Positions 24,944 to 33,421 of a stretch of 64,000 nucleotides of DNA are shown here, piece after piece; positions within the stretch are counted from its first letter, which is position 1, and each line of letters starts with the position of its first letter. Below the pieces are notes generated by a model. The model was given only the letters and a program-made list of their open reading frames with translations. It did no database searches and was not told where the DNA came from. The DNA is taken from contig JAICMI010000003.1 of the NCBI GenBank assembly GCA_025929315.1, positions 132 to 64,131 of the forward strand, written 5' to 3'. The DNA is from Frankiaceae bacterium. GTDB lineage: Bacteria; Actinomycetota; Actinomycetes; JAFAQI01. The translations under genes and the position numbers were made by a program.

Positions 24944-27852
24944 GTGCTCACCTTCGCAGTCCCCGACCGTTCGATCGCCGACCGGTCGGTCCCCAGGTAA
25001 GAACCCACCACGAGCGGATCCTCGAGCACCTTGTCAGGCGGGCCGGAGCAGATGACACGCCCTTGGTCGAGTGCCATCAGTCGGTCCGAGATCGACGAGA
25101 TCAACGGCATGTCGTGCTCGATGACCAGCAACGCGCAACCGGTCTCGTCACGGATCTGCCGCAGCAACGGGCCGAGTGCCTCGGTCTCGCGCTGGGCGAT
25201 GCCACTGGACGGTTCGTCGAGGATGAGTACGGCGGGGTCATGCGCGAGCGCCATCGCGATGTCGACGACTCGACGCGATCCGGTCGACAGCTCACTCACA
25301 AACTTGTCACGGAACGCGCCCAGACCCATGAGATCGACCAGGTCCGCGACGGACCAGGCGATGTCGTCCTCCTGCTCGCGCGCCGCGGGAAGACCGAGCG
25401 CACATGCGGCATGGTCACGAATCGTAAGGTGTCGCTCGAGCGCAGTGGCCAGGTTCTCGGCGACCGTGAGCGACGCGAAGATGCGCGCGTCCTGGAACGA
25501 CCGACCCAGACCCATGCGAGCGCGCGCATCCGGCGGCAGGTCGGTCACGTCGTAGTCGCCGAGCAGCACCTGTCCCCGCGTGGGCGCCTGGAAACCGGAA
25601 AGGACGTCGAACAACGTCGTCTTGCCGGCCCCGTTGGGCCCGATCAGCCCGAGGATCTCTTTGTCAGTGACCGCGACGTCGACCTCGTCGAGTGCTCGGA
25701 TCCCGCCGAACGTGACCGAGACGGCCTTGGCCTCGAGCAGCTTGGGTCGTTCGAGGTCGGCGATCGCCTCCTTCGTACGACGAGTGCGTGTCGTCGCCTT
25801 CGCTCTGGGCGCGGACTTCTTCGTGGCGCCGGCCAGGAAGATCGAGCGCATGACGTCATCGCGGTTGAGGAGATCGGCGGTGGGGCCGGAGAACCGCACC
25901 TCCCCCTTCTCGAGGAAGTAGGCGCGGTCCGCGACGGTCAGCGCGACGTTGACCGACTGCTCGACGAGCACGACGGTCGTGCCCTGGGCGTTGATCTCGC
26001 GCACGGTGTCGAGCAGCTGCTCCACGATCGTCGGTGCGAGACCGAGCGAGAGCTCGTCGATGAGCAACAGTCGTGGCTTGGTGATGAATGCCATGCCGAG
26101 GGCGAGCATCTGCTGCTCGCCGCCGGAGAGGTTGCCCGCGAGCTGACCGCGGCGTTCGCGCAACCGCGGGAAGCGCGTCAGCACGCCGTCGATCTCGCGC
26201 TGCGCGGTGGCCTTGTCGGTGATCAGCCAGGAGGCGACCTCGAAGTGCTCGTCGACGGTCAGGGTCGGGAACACACCCTTGCCGCCGGGCATCTGTGCGA
26301 TCCCGTGCTTGGCCGATGTCACGGCGTCGGCATGTGTCACGTCGACGCCGTCGAACAGCACCACACCACCGGTCGGGTCGACCAGGCCTGTGATCGCCTT
26401 GAGCAGCGTCGACTTGCCGGCCCCGTTGGTGCCGAGGAGAGCGACGATCTCGCCGCGGTGCACTTCGAAGTCCACCCCGAACAGGACCTGCACGCCGTCG
26501 TAAGCGACGGTCACGCCCTGGCAGTGCAGCAGGATGTCGTCCTGCGCACCGTCGAGCCGCTGCTGGCGCACCTTGGTGATGAACGCGAGCGAGTCGAGCG
26601 CCGCCTGTGCATCACGGCCCACAAATCGGCTCGCGGTTGCGAGGATCGTGCCGCCGATGATCCAGAACGGCGCAGTCGCGCCAAAACCGATCCGGATGCC
26701 GTGGTCGTCGGCAATGGACGAGACCGGAAGGATGATGAACAGCACCCACACGCCGGCCACCAGGAACAAGAACGACCAGGCGAATGACAACGACCGCACC
26801 CGGGCCGGAGAGACGAACGCTTGAGTCATGAAGAACGGCGGTGTGAACATGCCGCCGACGAACGATGCGAGCAGCGTCATCACGACAGCCGAGGCAAGGT
26901 TGGGCATCGCGCACAGGACGGGGATGAGGATCCCGACACCGACAAGTGAGATCCCAGCCCACTTGATCGGCTCACCGAGACTGCGCCGCACCAGAACCTG
27001 CGTCCACCTGCCGGACACCAGGATGCCGGCAAACGCTGCGGCACCGTTTGCGGCAACGACGATGCCGCGACCCAGCTCCCCGAGCCCGAAAGCGTCGTGA
27101 AGCAGGATCGGCACATAGAAGGCGAGCGGGATGAAGCCCGCGCCGATGAAGAAGAACGCGCTGAACTGCCGCTTGAGCGTGGGTACGGCGAAGAGCGTCC
27201 GCCGCGCCTCTCCGAACGGAATCGGGGCCTCCCGCGCCGCCACCTCCGCAGCAGTCGGGTCGTCCGTCTCACCGCGCATCGGTTCGCGCAACCGGAGACT
27301 AACGAGGGCGGTGATCAGGATCGGGACGATGAGGACCATGAAGGCAACGCGCCAGCTGGTCTGCCACGCGACCACACCGGCGACGGCCGGCCCGGCGATG
27401 TAGGCGGCTCGCTCGGAGAACCGATGCACGGTGTAGACGGCGGGTCGGTCCTTCGGCAGGTAGTAGTCCGACAGCAGCGACGAGTGGATCGGGTCGTTGA
27501 CGACGCGGCCGATGCCGTTGCCGAGTCGGAAGAAGACCAGAGCGACCAGCCCGTAGGCGAAACCGGTGAGGAAGGAGAACAGGCCCGCGAGGAGCGCGCC
27601 GATCGTCACGAACCACTTACGTGGCAAGCGGTCGCCGTAGTAGCCGAGCGGGACCGCCGCCAGCAGCACCACTGACAGGTTGGCGATGACCAGGATGCCG
27701 AAGGCCCGGTCGGTCAGATGGAACGCGGCCTGGATGTTGGGCGCCAGGACGGCGAACGCGGCGCTGTCCCACTCGTCGAAGAAGAACAGCAGCGACAGGA
27801 TCATGAGCGGGAACAGCGGCAGCCCGCTGGTCAACCGCCGCAACCCGTTCAC
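24940..27852 (-). CDS. Tripartite fusion: 12-TM MFS-like domain + LivF-like + LivG-like ABC ATPase cassettes
   Basis: Single uninterrupted 970-aa ORF. Residues 1 to about 430 carry about 12 hydrophobic helices with MFS-like motifs (GYYGDRLPRKW, FFRLGNGIG). From about residue 445 come two full ABC cassettes (GTNGAGKST ... LSGGEQQ; GPNGAGKTT ... LSTGSRR). GTGA overlap with the permease stop. Confidence 0.85.
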   Translation of the reverse strand: MNGLRRLTSGLPLFPLMILSLLFFFDEWDSAAFAVLAPNIQAAFHLTDRAFGILVIANLSVVLLAAVPLGYYGDRLPRKWFVTIGALLAGLFSFLTGFAYGLVALVFFRLGNGIGRVVNDPIHSSLLSDYYLPKDRPAVYTVHRFSERAAYIAGPAVAGVVAWQTSWRVAFMVLIVPILITALVSLRLREPMRGETDDPTAAEVAAREAPIPFGEARRTLFAVPTLKRQFSAFFFIGAGFIPLAFYVPILLHDAFGLGELGRGIVVAANGAAAFAGILVSGRWTQVLVRRSLGEPIKWAGISLVGVGILIPVLCAMPNLASAVVMTLLASFVGGMFTPPFFMTQAFVSPARVRSLSFAWSFLFLVAGVWVLFIILPVSSIADDHGIRIGFGATAPFWIIGGTILATASRFVGRDAQAALDSLAFITKVRQQRLDGAQDDILLHCQGVTVAYDGVQVLFGVDFEVHRGEIVALLGTNGAGKSTLLKAITGLVDPTGGVVLFDGVDVTHADAVTSAKHGIAQMPGGKGVFPTLTVDEHFEVASWLITDKATAQREIDGVLTRFPRLRERRGQLAGNLSGGEQQMLALGMAFITKPRLLLIDELSLGLAPTIVEQLLDTVREINAQGTTVVLVEQSVNVALTVADRAYFLEKGEVRFSGPTADLLNRDDVMRSIFLAGATKKSAPRAKATTRTRRTKEAIADLERPKLLEAKAVSVTFGGIRALDEVDVAVTDKEILGLIGPNGAGKTTLFDVLSGFQAPTRGQVLLGDYDVTDLPPDARARMGLGRSFQDARIFASLTVAENLATALERHLTIRDHAACALGLPAAREQEDDIAWSVADLVDLMGLGAFRDKFVSELSTGSRRVVDIAMALAHDPAVLILDEPSSGIAQRETEALGPLLRQIRDETGCALLVIEHDMPLISSISDRLMALDQGRVICSGPPDKVLEDPLVVGSYLGTDRSAIERSGTAKVST

Positions 27853-30074
27853 AACTTGCTCCCGGTTGTGCTGCTCACCCGGCGCGACTCGGTCGCGACG
27901 CCCACCTTCTTGACGTGGTCGGCAGCCGAGCGCAGCACGGCCTGGTCGGCCGACTCGTCGTGCTCGGCATCGACCCGCGAGTCGGCGACGAGGCTTGGCA
28001 CATGGATGCCGTGTCGGGCCGCGAGCCAGCGTAGGAGGCCGTCGCGCGCCTGCTGGGCGGCTTGCGCGAGACCACCAGGGAACACCAACAGCACGATGGA
28101 GACACCGACACCGCTGGCCAGGACGCTCAGCTTTGCGTTGCCGAAATAGCCGATGGCGGTCAGGCCGATCGTGCCGAGCACCGCGCCCGGCAGCGACGTG
28201 AGCCCGCCGACGACGGCATACAAGAACGCGATGAGGCTGATGTCCATCGTGAAGCTCCCAGGGTCGACCTGGGACTGGTAGGCCGAGAGCGCACCGGCCA
28301 GAGCGGCGATGGCGCCGGCGATCGCGAACGCGGACAGACGCGTCACTGTCGCATCGACGCCGAACGCCTGCGCCGCCCGTTGGTTGTCACGCAGCCCGAT
28401 GAAGAGGCGGCCGGACCGGCTGTGACGCAACGACCACGCCGACAGGCAACAGAGCACCAGCATGATGAGACAGAAGTAGTAGAACCGCGTGTCCGACGTG
28501 AGGTCGATGCGGCCGTACAGCATCGGTTTGGTGACGTAGCTGCCGTCCGGCGGCAACAGCCAGCCGAACCGCTCGCGGCTCAGTCCGGCATATTGCACAG
28601 CAGCACCGAAACCCAGGGTGACCACCGCGAGGAACAGACCGGGCACGCGCAGCGCGGGGATGCCGATCAGCACGGCGACGACAGCCCCGGCGACGATCGC
28701 GGCGGCGAGCGTGACGAAGAAGTCCTGGTGGTTGCGCGTCGCCAGCCCGCCTGCCACAGCGGCACCCACGCCGGCGAAGGCGTACTGCCCGAGCGAGATC
28801 TGACCGGCCCAGCCCGAGAGGACCACCAGCGACACCGCGACCATGCCAGCGATCGCCGCCTGCGTACAGAACGCGGCCCGGGACGTGCCCACGATGTAGG
28901 GCGCAGCCAACCCAAGGGCGCCGAGCAGTCCGAGCGCGCCGTAACGAGCACGGTGGATCTCGCGAAGGTGGCGCAGCTCGAGCGGAATGGGCCGGAACTC
29001 CTGCAGCGCCTTGAACGACGCCACGCCGGTGTCGAAGGCGCGTGACATCCGTCGCCGCTGGAAGAGCAACGCCGCGAGGATCACCGGCAGCATGAGGGCG
29101 GCAGCGTCGTCAGGTCGGCTCGAGCCCGCAAACGCGGCCTGCTGGATCATGCCGACGCCGATGCCCGCCGCGAACGCGACCGGCAGGCTCTCCATCCGCG
29201 CGACGACGGCAGCCGCCAGGCCGTAGAGCAGCACCAGCGGCGACACGCTGCCGCCCGCGGGCACCGAGGTCACCGGGGCCTGCAAGTAGACCGCCACGCC
29301 GGAACAAATGCCGGCCAACACCCAGACGATCGTCGACAGCCGGGCGACGGGCACACCGAGCAGCGACGCCCGGTCCGCGTTCTCGGCCGACGCGCGGATG
29401 GCGATGCCGGCGCGGGTGTAGCGCAGGAATGCGGCCAGCCCGGTGCAGATCACGGCCGTCGCGACGACGATCGCGAAGTAGTCGCCGTTGAAGATGATGC
29501 CGCCGATCGTCACCTTGAAGTTGGTGTAGGGCGTCGGGAAGTTGAAGGGCAGGCCCGGCTGACCGCCGATCCACCGCGGCAGGTTGAGCTCGAGGTAGAC
29601 GAAGATCTGCGCGAGACCGATCGTGAACACCGTCGCGATCAGCCGCGGCGAGTTGGTGAACCGACGCATGACCAGCTCGACGACACCCCCGACCAGCGCC
29701 GAGCCGACGAGCATCACCGCGACCGACACCGGATAAGGCCAGTTGCGGTTGGTCACCAGCAAGAGCGCCGTGACAGCAGGGACAAGGCCAAGTCCGGCGT
29801 GGGCAAAGTTGATGATGCGGTTGGCGCGGTAGACGAGGATCAGCCCGAACGCAAGCAATGCGTAGAGCATGCCGAGGATCGCGCCGTTGATGAGGATGCC
29901 GAGCGAGACACCTGTCGGCAGCGGGATGCCGAGTGGGTGTGAGTACTGGGACCGGCCGAACATGAGCTCGAGCAGGAGTGCAAGAGCAAGCGGCCACGCG
30001 ACGTGGATGCTCGCGGTACGCAGCCACCTCGGCACCGTGACGCCGCCGGGCAGCGCCGGAACTAGTGTTGTCAC
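27849..30074 (-). CDS. HAAT-type ABC permease, fused LivH-like + LivM-like halves
   Basis: 741 aa from GTG 30074 (VTTLVPALPGG...), 2 nt after the upstream stop. Contains AILGMLYALLAFGLILVYRANRIINFA and SLVVLSGWAGQISLGQYAFAGVGAAVAG. The ORF-track start at 30290 lies inside the upstream gene. Confidence 0.9.
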   Translation of the reverse strand: MTTLVPALPGGVTVPRWLRTASIHVAWPLALALLLELMFGRSQYSHPLGIPLPTGVSLGILINGAILGMLYALLAFGLILVYRANRIINFAHAGLGLVPAVTALLLVTNRNWPYPVSVAVMLVGSALVGGVVELVMRRFTNSPRLIATVFTIGLAQIFVYLELNLPRWIGGQPGLPFNFPTPYTNFKVTIGGIIFNGDYFAIVVATAVICTGLAAFLRYTRAGIAIRASAENADRASLLGVPVARLSTIVWVLAGICSGVAVYLQAPVTSVPAGGSVSPLVLLYGLAAAVVARMESLPVAFAAGIGVGMIQQAAFAGSSRPDDAAALMLPVILAALLFQRRRMSRAFDTGVASFKALQEFRPIPLELRHLREIHRARYGALGLLGALGLAAPYIVGTSRAAFCTQAAIAGMVAVSLVVLSGWAGQISLGQYAFAGVGAAVAGGLATRNHQDFFVTLAAAIVAGAVVAVLIGIPALRVPGLFLAVVTLGFGAAVQYAGLSRERFGWLLPPDGSYVTKPMLYGRIDLTSDTRFYYFCLIMLVLCCLSAWSLRHSRSGRLFIGLRDNQRAAQAFGVDATVTRLSAFAIAGAIAALAGALSAYQSQVDPGSFTMDISLIAFLYAVVGGLTSLPGAVLGTIGLTAIGYFGNAKLSVLASGVGVSIVLLVFPGGLAQAAQQARDGLLRWLAARHGIHVPSLVADSRVDAEHDESADQAVLRSAADHVKKVGVATESRRVSSTTGSKL

Positions 30075-30076
30075 GT

Positions 30077-31780
30077 TCAGACCGAGGGGGGCATGTTCGG
30101 CTCGCCCTTGGGGATCTGGTTGACCTGGTAGCGCCGGCCGCCGTTCAGCGGCACGTAGGCGCCGTTGCGCCCGTTGGTCGTCGACTTCCTGCTGGTGCTG
30201 TAGTAGACCTCGCGGATGTCGGAGATCCCGGTGTAGTCGTTCTTGCCGAACTTGACGTAAAACAGCGACGGGTCGTGCCACTTGGCCCACTCGTCATATC
30301 CCGGCGTGGTGAGCATGCCGTATTCATACGTCAGCGGCGTCAGCTTGGGACCGGCCGCCATGATGCCGCCGGACAGCGTGAGGAAGTAGGTCGTCAACAG
30401 GTTGGCGTTGGCGTTGGGGTTACCGGACTTGCCCTCGGCCTTCCAGATCCTGCCTGCGTCGGTCTGACCGATGGGCTTCGTCGTACCGAGGTCCGACGGC
30501 CCGAACGCGTGCGCCCACTCCGACTGGTCGTAGGTCTGCGCCAGCGCGTCGTAGTCGAGCAGGCCGCCACCGGCGATGACGTTCTCCGGGTACCAGTTCT
30601 GCGACGCTGCTGCTTTAGTCCCGTACGCCGGGGCTATGGGGTCGGCCATCCACAGTGCCGTTGTGGCACCGGCGGCCTTGTACTTCGACACGTTGGTCGT
30701 CGACTGCTGCGCCGCTGTCGCCGTGTTGGACGAGTAGGGACCGTCGACGACTGCACTTGAACCGGCACAGCCCTTGATGATGCTTTCGAGGTGGTGCGCT
30801 GCCGGCGTCGTTGTCGCAGTGTCCGGGTAGATGACCACGACCTTGCGCGTCTTGGTCTTGAGCGACGCCTGACCCGCGAACCGCGCCGGCTTGCCGGCCA
30901 ACCGGTTGCAGTACCACGTGCCCGTGATCTGGGCCTGGGTGTCGCCGCCCATGAACAGGTCGTAGTGGTAGGGCCGCAGGCTGTCGTCGAACGAGTCGGA
31001 GAAGCCCCAGCCGCCCCAGTTGACGACGCCCTTGCGCGACAGCTCATCGTGGAACGCCGGCTCGTTCGTGTTGCTCGCGTAGAACAACGCGAACGGGTGG
31101 TAGTTGGAGACGAGGCTGTCGGCATCGCTGCGGAAGCACGAGTCGACGGGCGGTGCGATGTCGCAGTTGCCGTGAACGTAGATCGGCACGATCTTGCGGC
31201 CATAGAGCTGGTAGTGCTTGTTGATCCAGTCGGCCACCAGCAGGAACTGCTGCTTCTCCGCGTCCGGCGGGGTGTAAGTACCTGTCTCTCGCAGGATGGC
31301 GTCGACCGCCGCGTTGTCCTTCGGGCGATACATGATGACCTTGATCGTCGTGGAGGTCACACCGGCCCAGGTGGCGCCGCCGTTGTCCCCGCCCGCCCAG
31401 GTGGCGACGCACGGCGGGTGCTCGTTGAGGCCGGTGATGCAGAACGGCTTGCCGGTCGTCGTGCCGCTCGCCGGGGGTGCCACCCCGCGTTGCTTGGCGG
31501 CAGTGCCGCCGCTGGCGCCGACCGGCGTCGTACCGGTGGAACCGACCGAGCCCGGCGTGCTTGACGAGCCACCCGCGGCACCGGGCGTCGTCGCACCGGG
31601 TGCCGTCGCACCGGGAAGCGTCGGAGCGGACGACGACTGCGCGGCCGGCGAACCTCCGCTGAACTGACCGCCGATCGGTCCGTTGGCCGACGACCCACCC
31701 TTGGACGGGGCGACGACCACCAGCACGATCTGCGCCATCACGAGCAGAGCGAACGGCGCATATCGACGAAGTCCGGTCAC
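30077..31780 (-). CDS. Membrane-anchored, Cys-rich periplasmic-binding-protein-like protein (cassette 2, component 1)
   Basis: 567 aa, GTG start preceded by GGAGGG. An N-terminal helix (FALLVMAQIVLVVVAPS) is followed by about 100 aa of low-complexity linker. GVTSTTIKVIMY, INKHYQLYGRK and VVNWGGWGFSDSF align by eye with 15425..17236. Confidence 0.75.
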   Translation of the reverse strand: MTGLRRYAPFALLVMAQIVLVVVAPSKGGSSANGPIGGQFSGGSPAAQSSSAPTLPGATAPGATTPGAAGGSSSTPGSVGSTGTTPVGASGGTAAKQRGVAPPASGTTTGKPFCITGLNEHPPCVATWAGGDNGGATWAGVTSTTIKVIMYRPKDNAAVDAILRETGTYTPPDAEKQQFLLVADWINKHYQLYGRKIVPIYVHGNCDIAPPVDSCFRSDADSLVSNYHPFALFYASNTNEPAFHDELSRKGVVNWGGWGFSDSFDDSLRPYHYDLFMGGDTQAQITGTWYCNRLAGKPARFAGQASLKTKTRKVVVIYPDTATTTPAAHHLESIIKGCAGSSAVVDGPYSSNTATAAQQSTTNVSKYKAAGATTALWMADPIAPAYGTKAAASQNWYPENVIAGGGLLDYDALAQTYDQSEWAHAFGPSDLGTTKPIGQTDAGRIWKAEGKSGNPNANANLLTTYFLTLSGGIMAAGPKLTPLTYEYGMLTTPGYDEWAKWHDPSLFYVKFGKNDYTGISDIREVYYSTSRKSTTNGRNGAYVPLNGGRRYQVNQIPKGEPNMPPSV

Positions 31781-31802
31781 GTGAGTCCCTCCGAGGGCTG
31801 GA

Positions 31803-32405
31803 TCAGAGCACGTTCAGCAAGTTGGACACGAGGGTGTAGATGGCCTGCTCGGTCTCCTCGACGGTGAAGCCGAGCTCCCCCCGCAGCGACTCCCAGGTGG
31901 ACCAGGTCGTGGCCACCTGCAGTGCTGCGAAGACCGATCGTCGCGACCCGGCCGGCTGCGCCGAGAGCTCGGACCCTACGACGCGTTCGAGCTGCTCGCG
32001 TGCTGCGTCCAGCAGCCGGTCCCGGTTGCGCCGGACCTGCGGTGAGAACGGCTCCTGCAGCCGCGCGGCCCGCCACACGGGCGCGAGGGCTTCGTACATC
32101 TGCCCGCGCTGTTCGACGAGCTGACGCAGGCGGTCAGGCAACGGGCCGCCGGCGTCGATCGGCGTGACGTAGCGCAGCGCGATCTCGTAGTCACGCTGGC
32201 CGGCCTCGATGAGCAGCGACTCCAGGTCGTTGAAGTGCTGCCAGACGGTACGAAGTGAGACGCCGGCGCGCTCGGCCACCCGCGGCGCCGTCGGCCGCAG
32301 GTCGCCGTCGTGGTGCAGGGAGCGGAGAGCGTCGACGATCGCCCGCCGAGTACGGGCGGATCGGGCGAGTCGCCCGTCCTGGAGCACAGCCTCCGTTGAC
32401 GCCAC
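31803..32405 (-). CDS. TetR/AcrR-family transcriptional regulator
   Basis: About 200 aa from GTG 32405 (VASTEAVLQDGRLARSARTRRAIVDAL...). HTH region: TAPRVAERAGVSLRTVWQHFNDLESL. It stops 22 nt before the binding-protein gene start. Confidence 0.85.
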   Translation of the reverse strand: MASTEAVLQDGRLARSARTRRAIVDALRSLHHDGDLRPTAPRVAERAGVSLRTVWQHFNDLESLLIEAGQRDYEIALRYVTPIDAGGPLPDRLRQLVEQRGQMYEALAPVWRAARLQEPFSPQVRRNRDRLLDAAREQLERVVGSELSAQPAGSRRSVFAALQVATTWSTWESLRGELGFTVEETEQAIYTLVSNLLNVL

Positions 32406-32414
32406 ATCCGCCTT

Positions 32415-32433
32415 ATAGCACTCTGCGTGCAAT
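32415..32433. promoter_or_regulatory. Candidate TetR operator (imperfect inverted repeat)
   Basis: ATAGCAC-TCTGC-GTGCAAT, with 6 of 7 positions complementary. It lies in the 86-bp divergent gap between the TetR start (32405) and the hydrolase start (32492). Confidence 0.3.
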
Positions 32434-32491
32434 CTTCGATACCGAGGTTGGGCGCACTCCCGCGTGCATCTGACCCTCTCGGGAGGCATCT

Positions 32492-33421
32492 ATGTCCTGG
32501 CCGGACACGGCTCGTTTGCGCTGGACCCCGACCCTCCGGGTCCCGTCCGACGACGGCACCGAGATCGCCGTCGAGATCCTCGGCGACGGGCATCCTGGAC
32601 CGACGCTCGTGCTGGCCCACGGCTGGACGTTCTCGAGCCGGTCGTGGCACTACCAGCGGATGCTGGCCGAGCGTTATCGCCTGGTGCTGATGGACCATCG
32701 CGACCACGGCGAGTCCGGCGCGGGGCCACGGGAGAACCGGACGGTCGACCAGATCGGGCGCGACCTCGCCGCCGTCCTCGACGCCACGTGCGAGAACAAG
32801 GACGTCGTGCTGGTCGGGCACTCGATGGGCGGCATGACCATCATGTCGCTCGCCGCGCAGCAGCCCGAGCGGTTCGGCAAGCAAGTAAAGGGCGTCGCGT
32901 TGCTCGACACGAGCGGACGGCGCGAGCCGGACAACCAGTTCGGGCTGCGCGGACCGCTGGCCAAGCTGTTCATCGGACAGTGGAAGTCCTCGCTCGCGTT
33001 GATGGTCTCGGATCCGGAGAAAGCCGAGCGGGCACGTCGCTCGGGGTCGGGCGTCTCCGTCGCGATCAGCAGGTTCCTCAACCTCGGCAAGGGCGCGGAC
33101 AAACGGCTCGCGAAGTTCACCGAGGCGATGTCCGCGCAGACCAAGGCGCAGGTCGTCGGCGACTTCTGGCTGACGCTCGACACGCACGACAAGATCGATG
33201 CATTGAAAGTCCTTGCCGACATCCCCACCCTCGTCCTCGTAGGCGACCGCGACCGGCTCACGCCGCCCGTCGACGCTCGCACTCTGGCCGCGGCAATTCC
33301 CGGTGCACGGCTGGTCGAGCTCCGTGGTGCCGGACACTGCGCGATGCTCGAGCAGCCGGAAGCGGTCAACGCCGCGATCCGTGACCTGGTCACACAGGTG
33401 GTTGCGGGGAGGAGCGCGTGA
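32492..33421 (+). CDS. Alpha/beta-fold hydrolase (putative esterase)
   Basis: 309 aa. Contains LVLAHGW, the nucleophile elbow VGHSMGG, and C-terminal GDRDRLTP ... GAGHCAMLEQPE. Confidence 0.9.
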   Translation: MSWPDTARLRWTPTLRVPSDDGTEIAVEILGDGHPGPTLVLAHGWTFSSRSWHYQRMLAERYRLVLMDHRDHGESGAGPRENRTVDQIGRDLAAVLDATCENKDVVLVGHSMGGMTIMSLAAQQPERFGKQVKGVALLDTSGRREPDNQFGLRGPLAKLFIGQWKSSLALMVSDPEKAERARRSGSGVSVAISRFLNLGKGADKRLAKFTEAMSAQTKAQVVGDFWLTLDTHDKIDALKVLADIPTLVLVGDRDRLTPPVDARTLAAAIPGARLVELRGAGHCAMLEQPEAVNAAIRDLVTQVVAGRSA

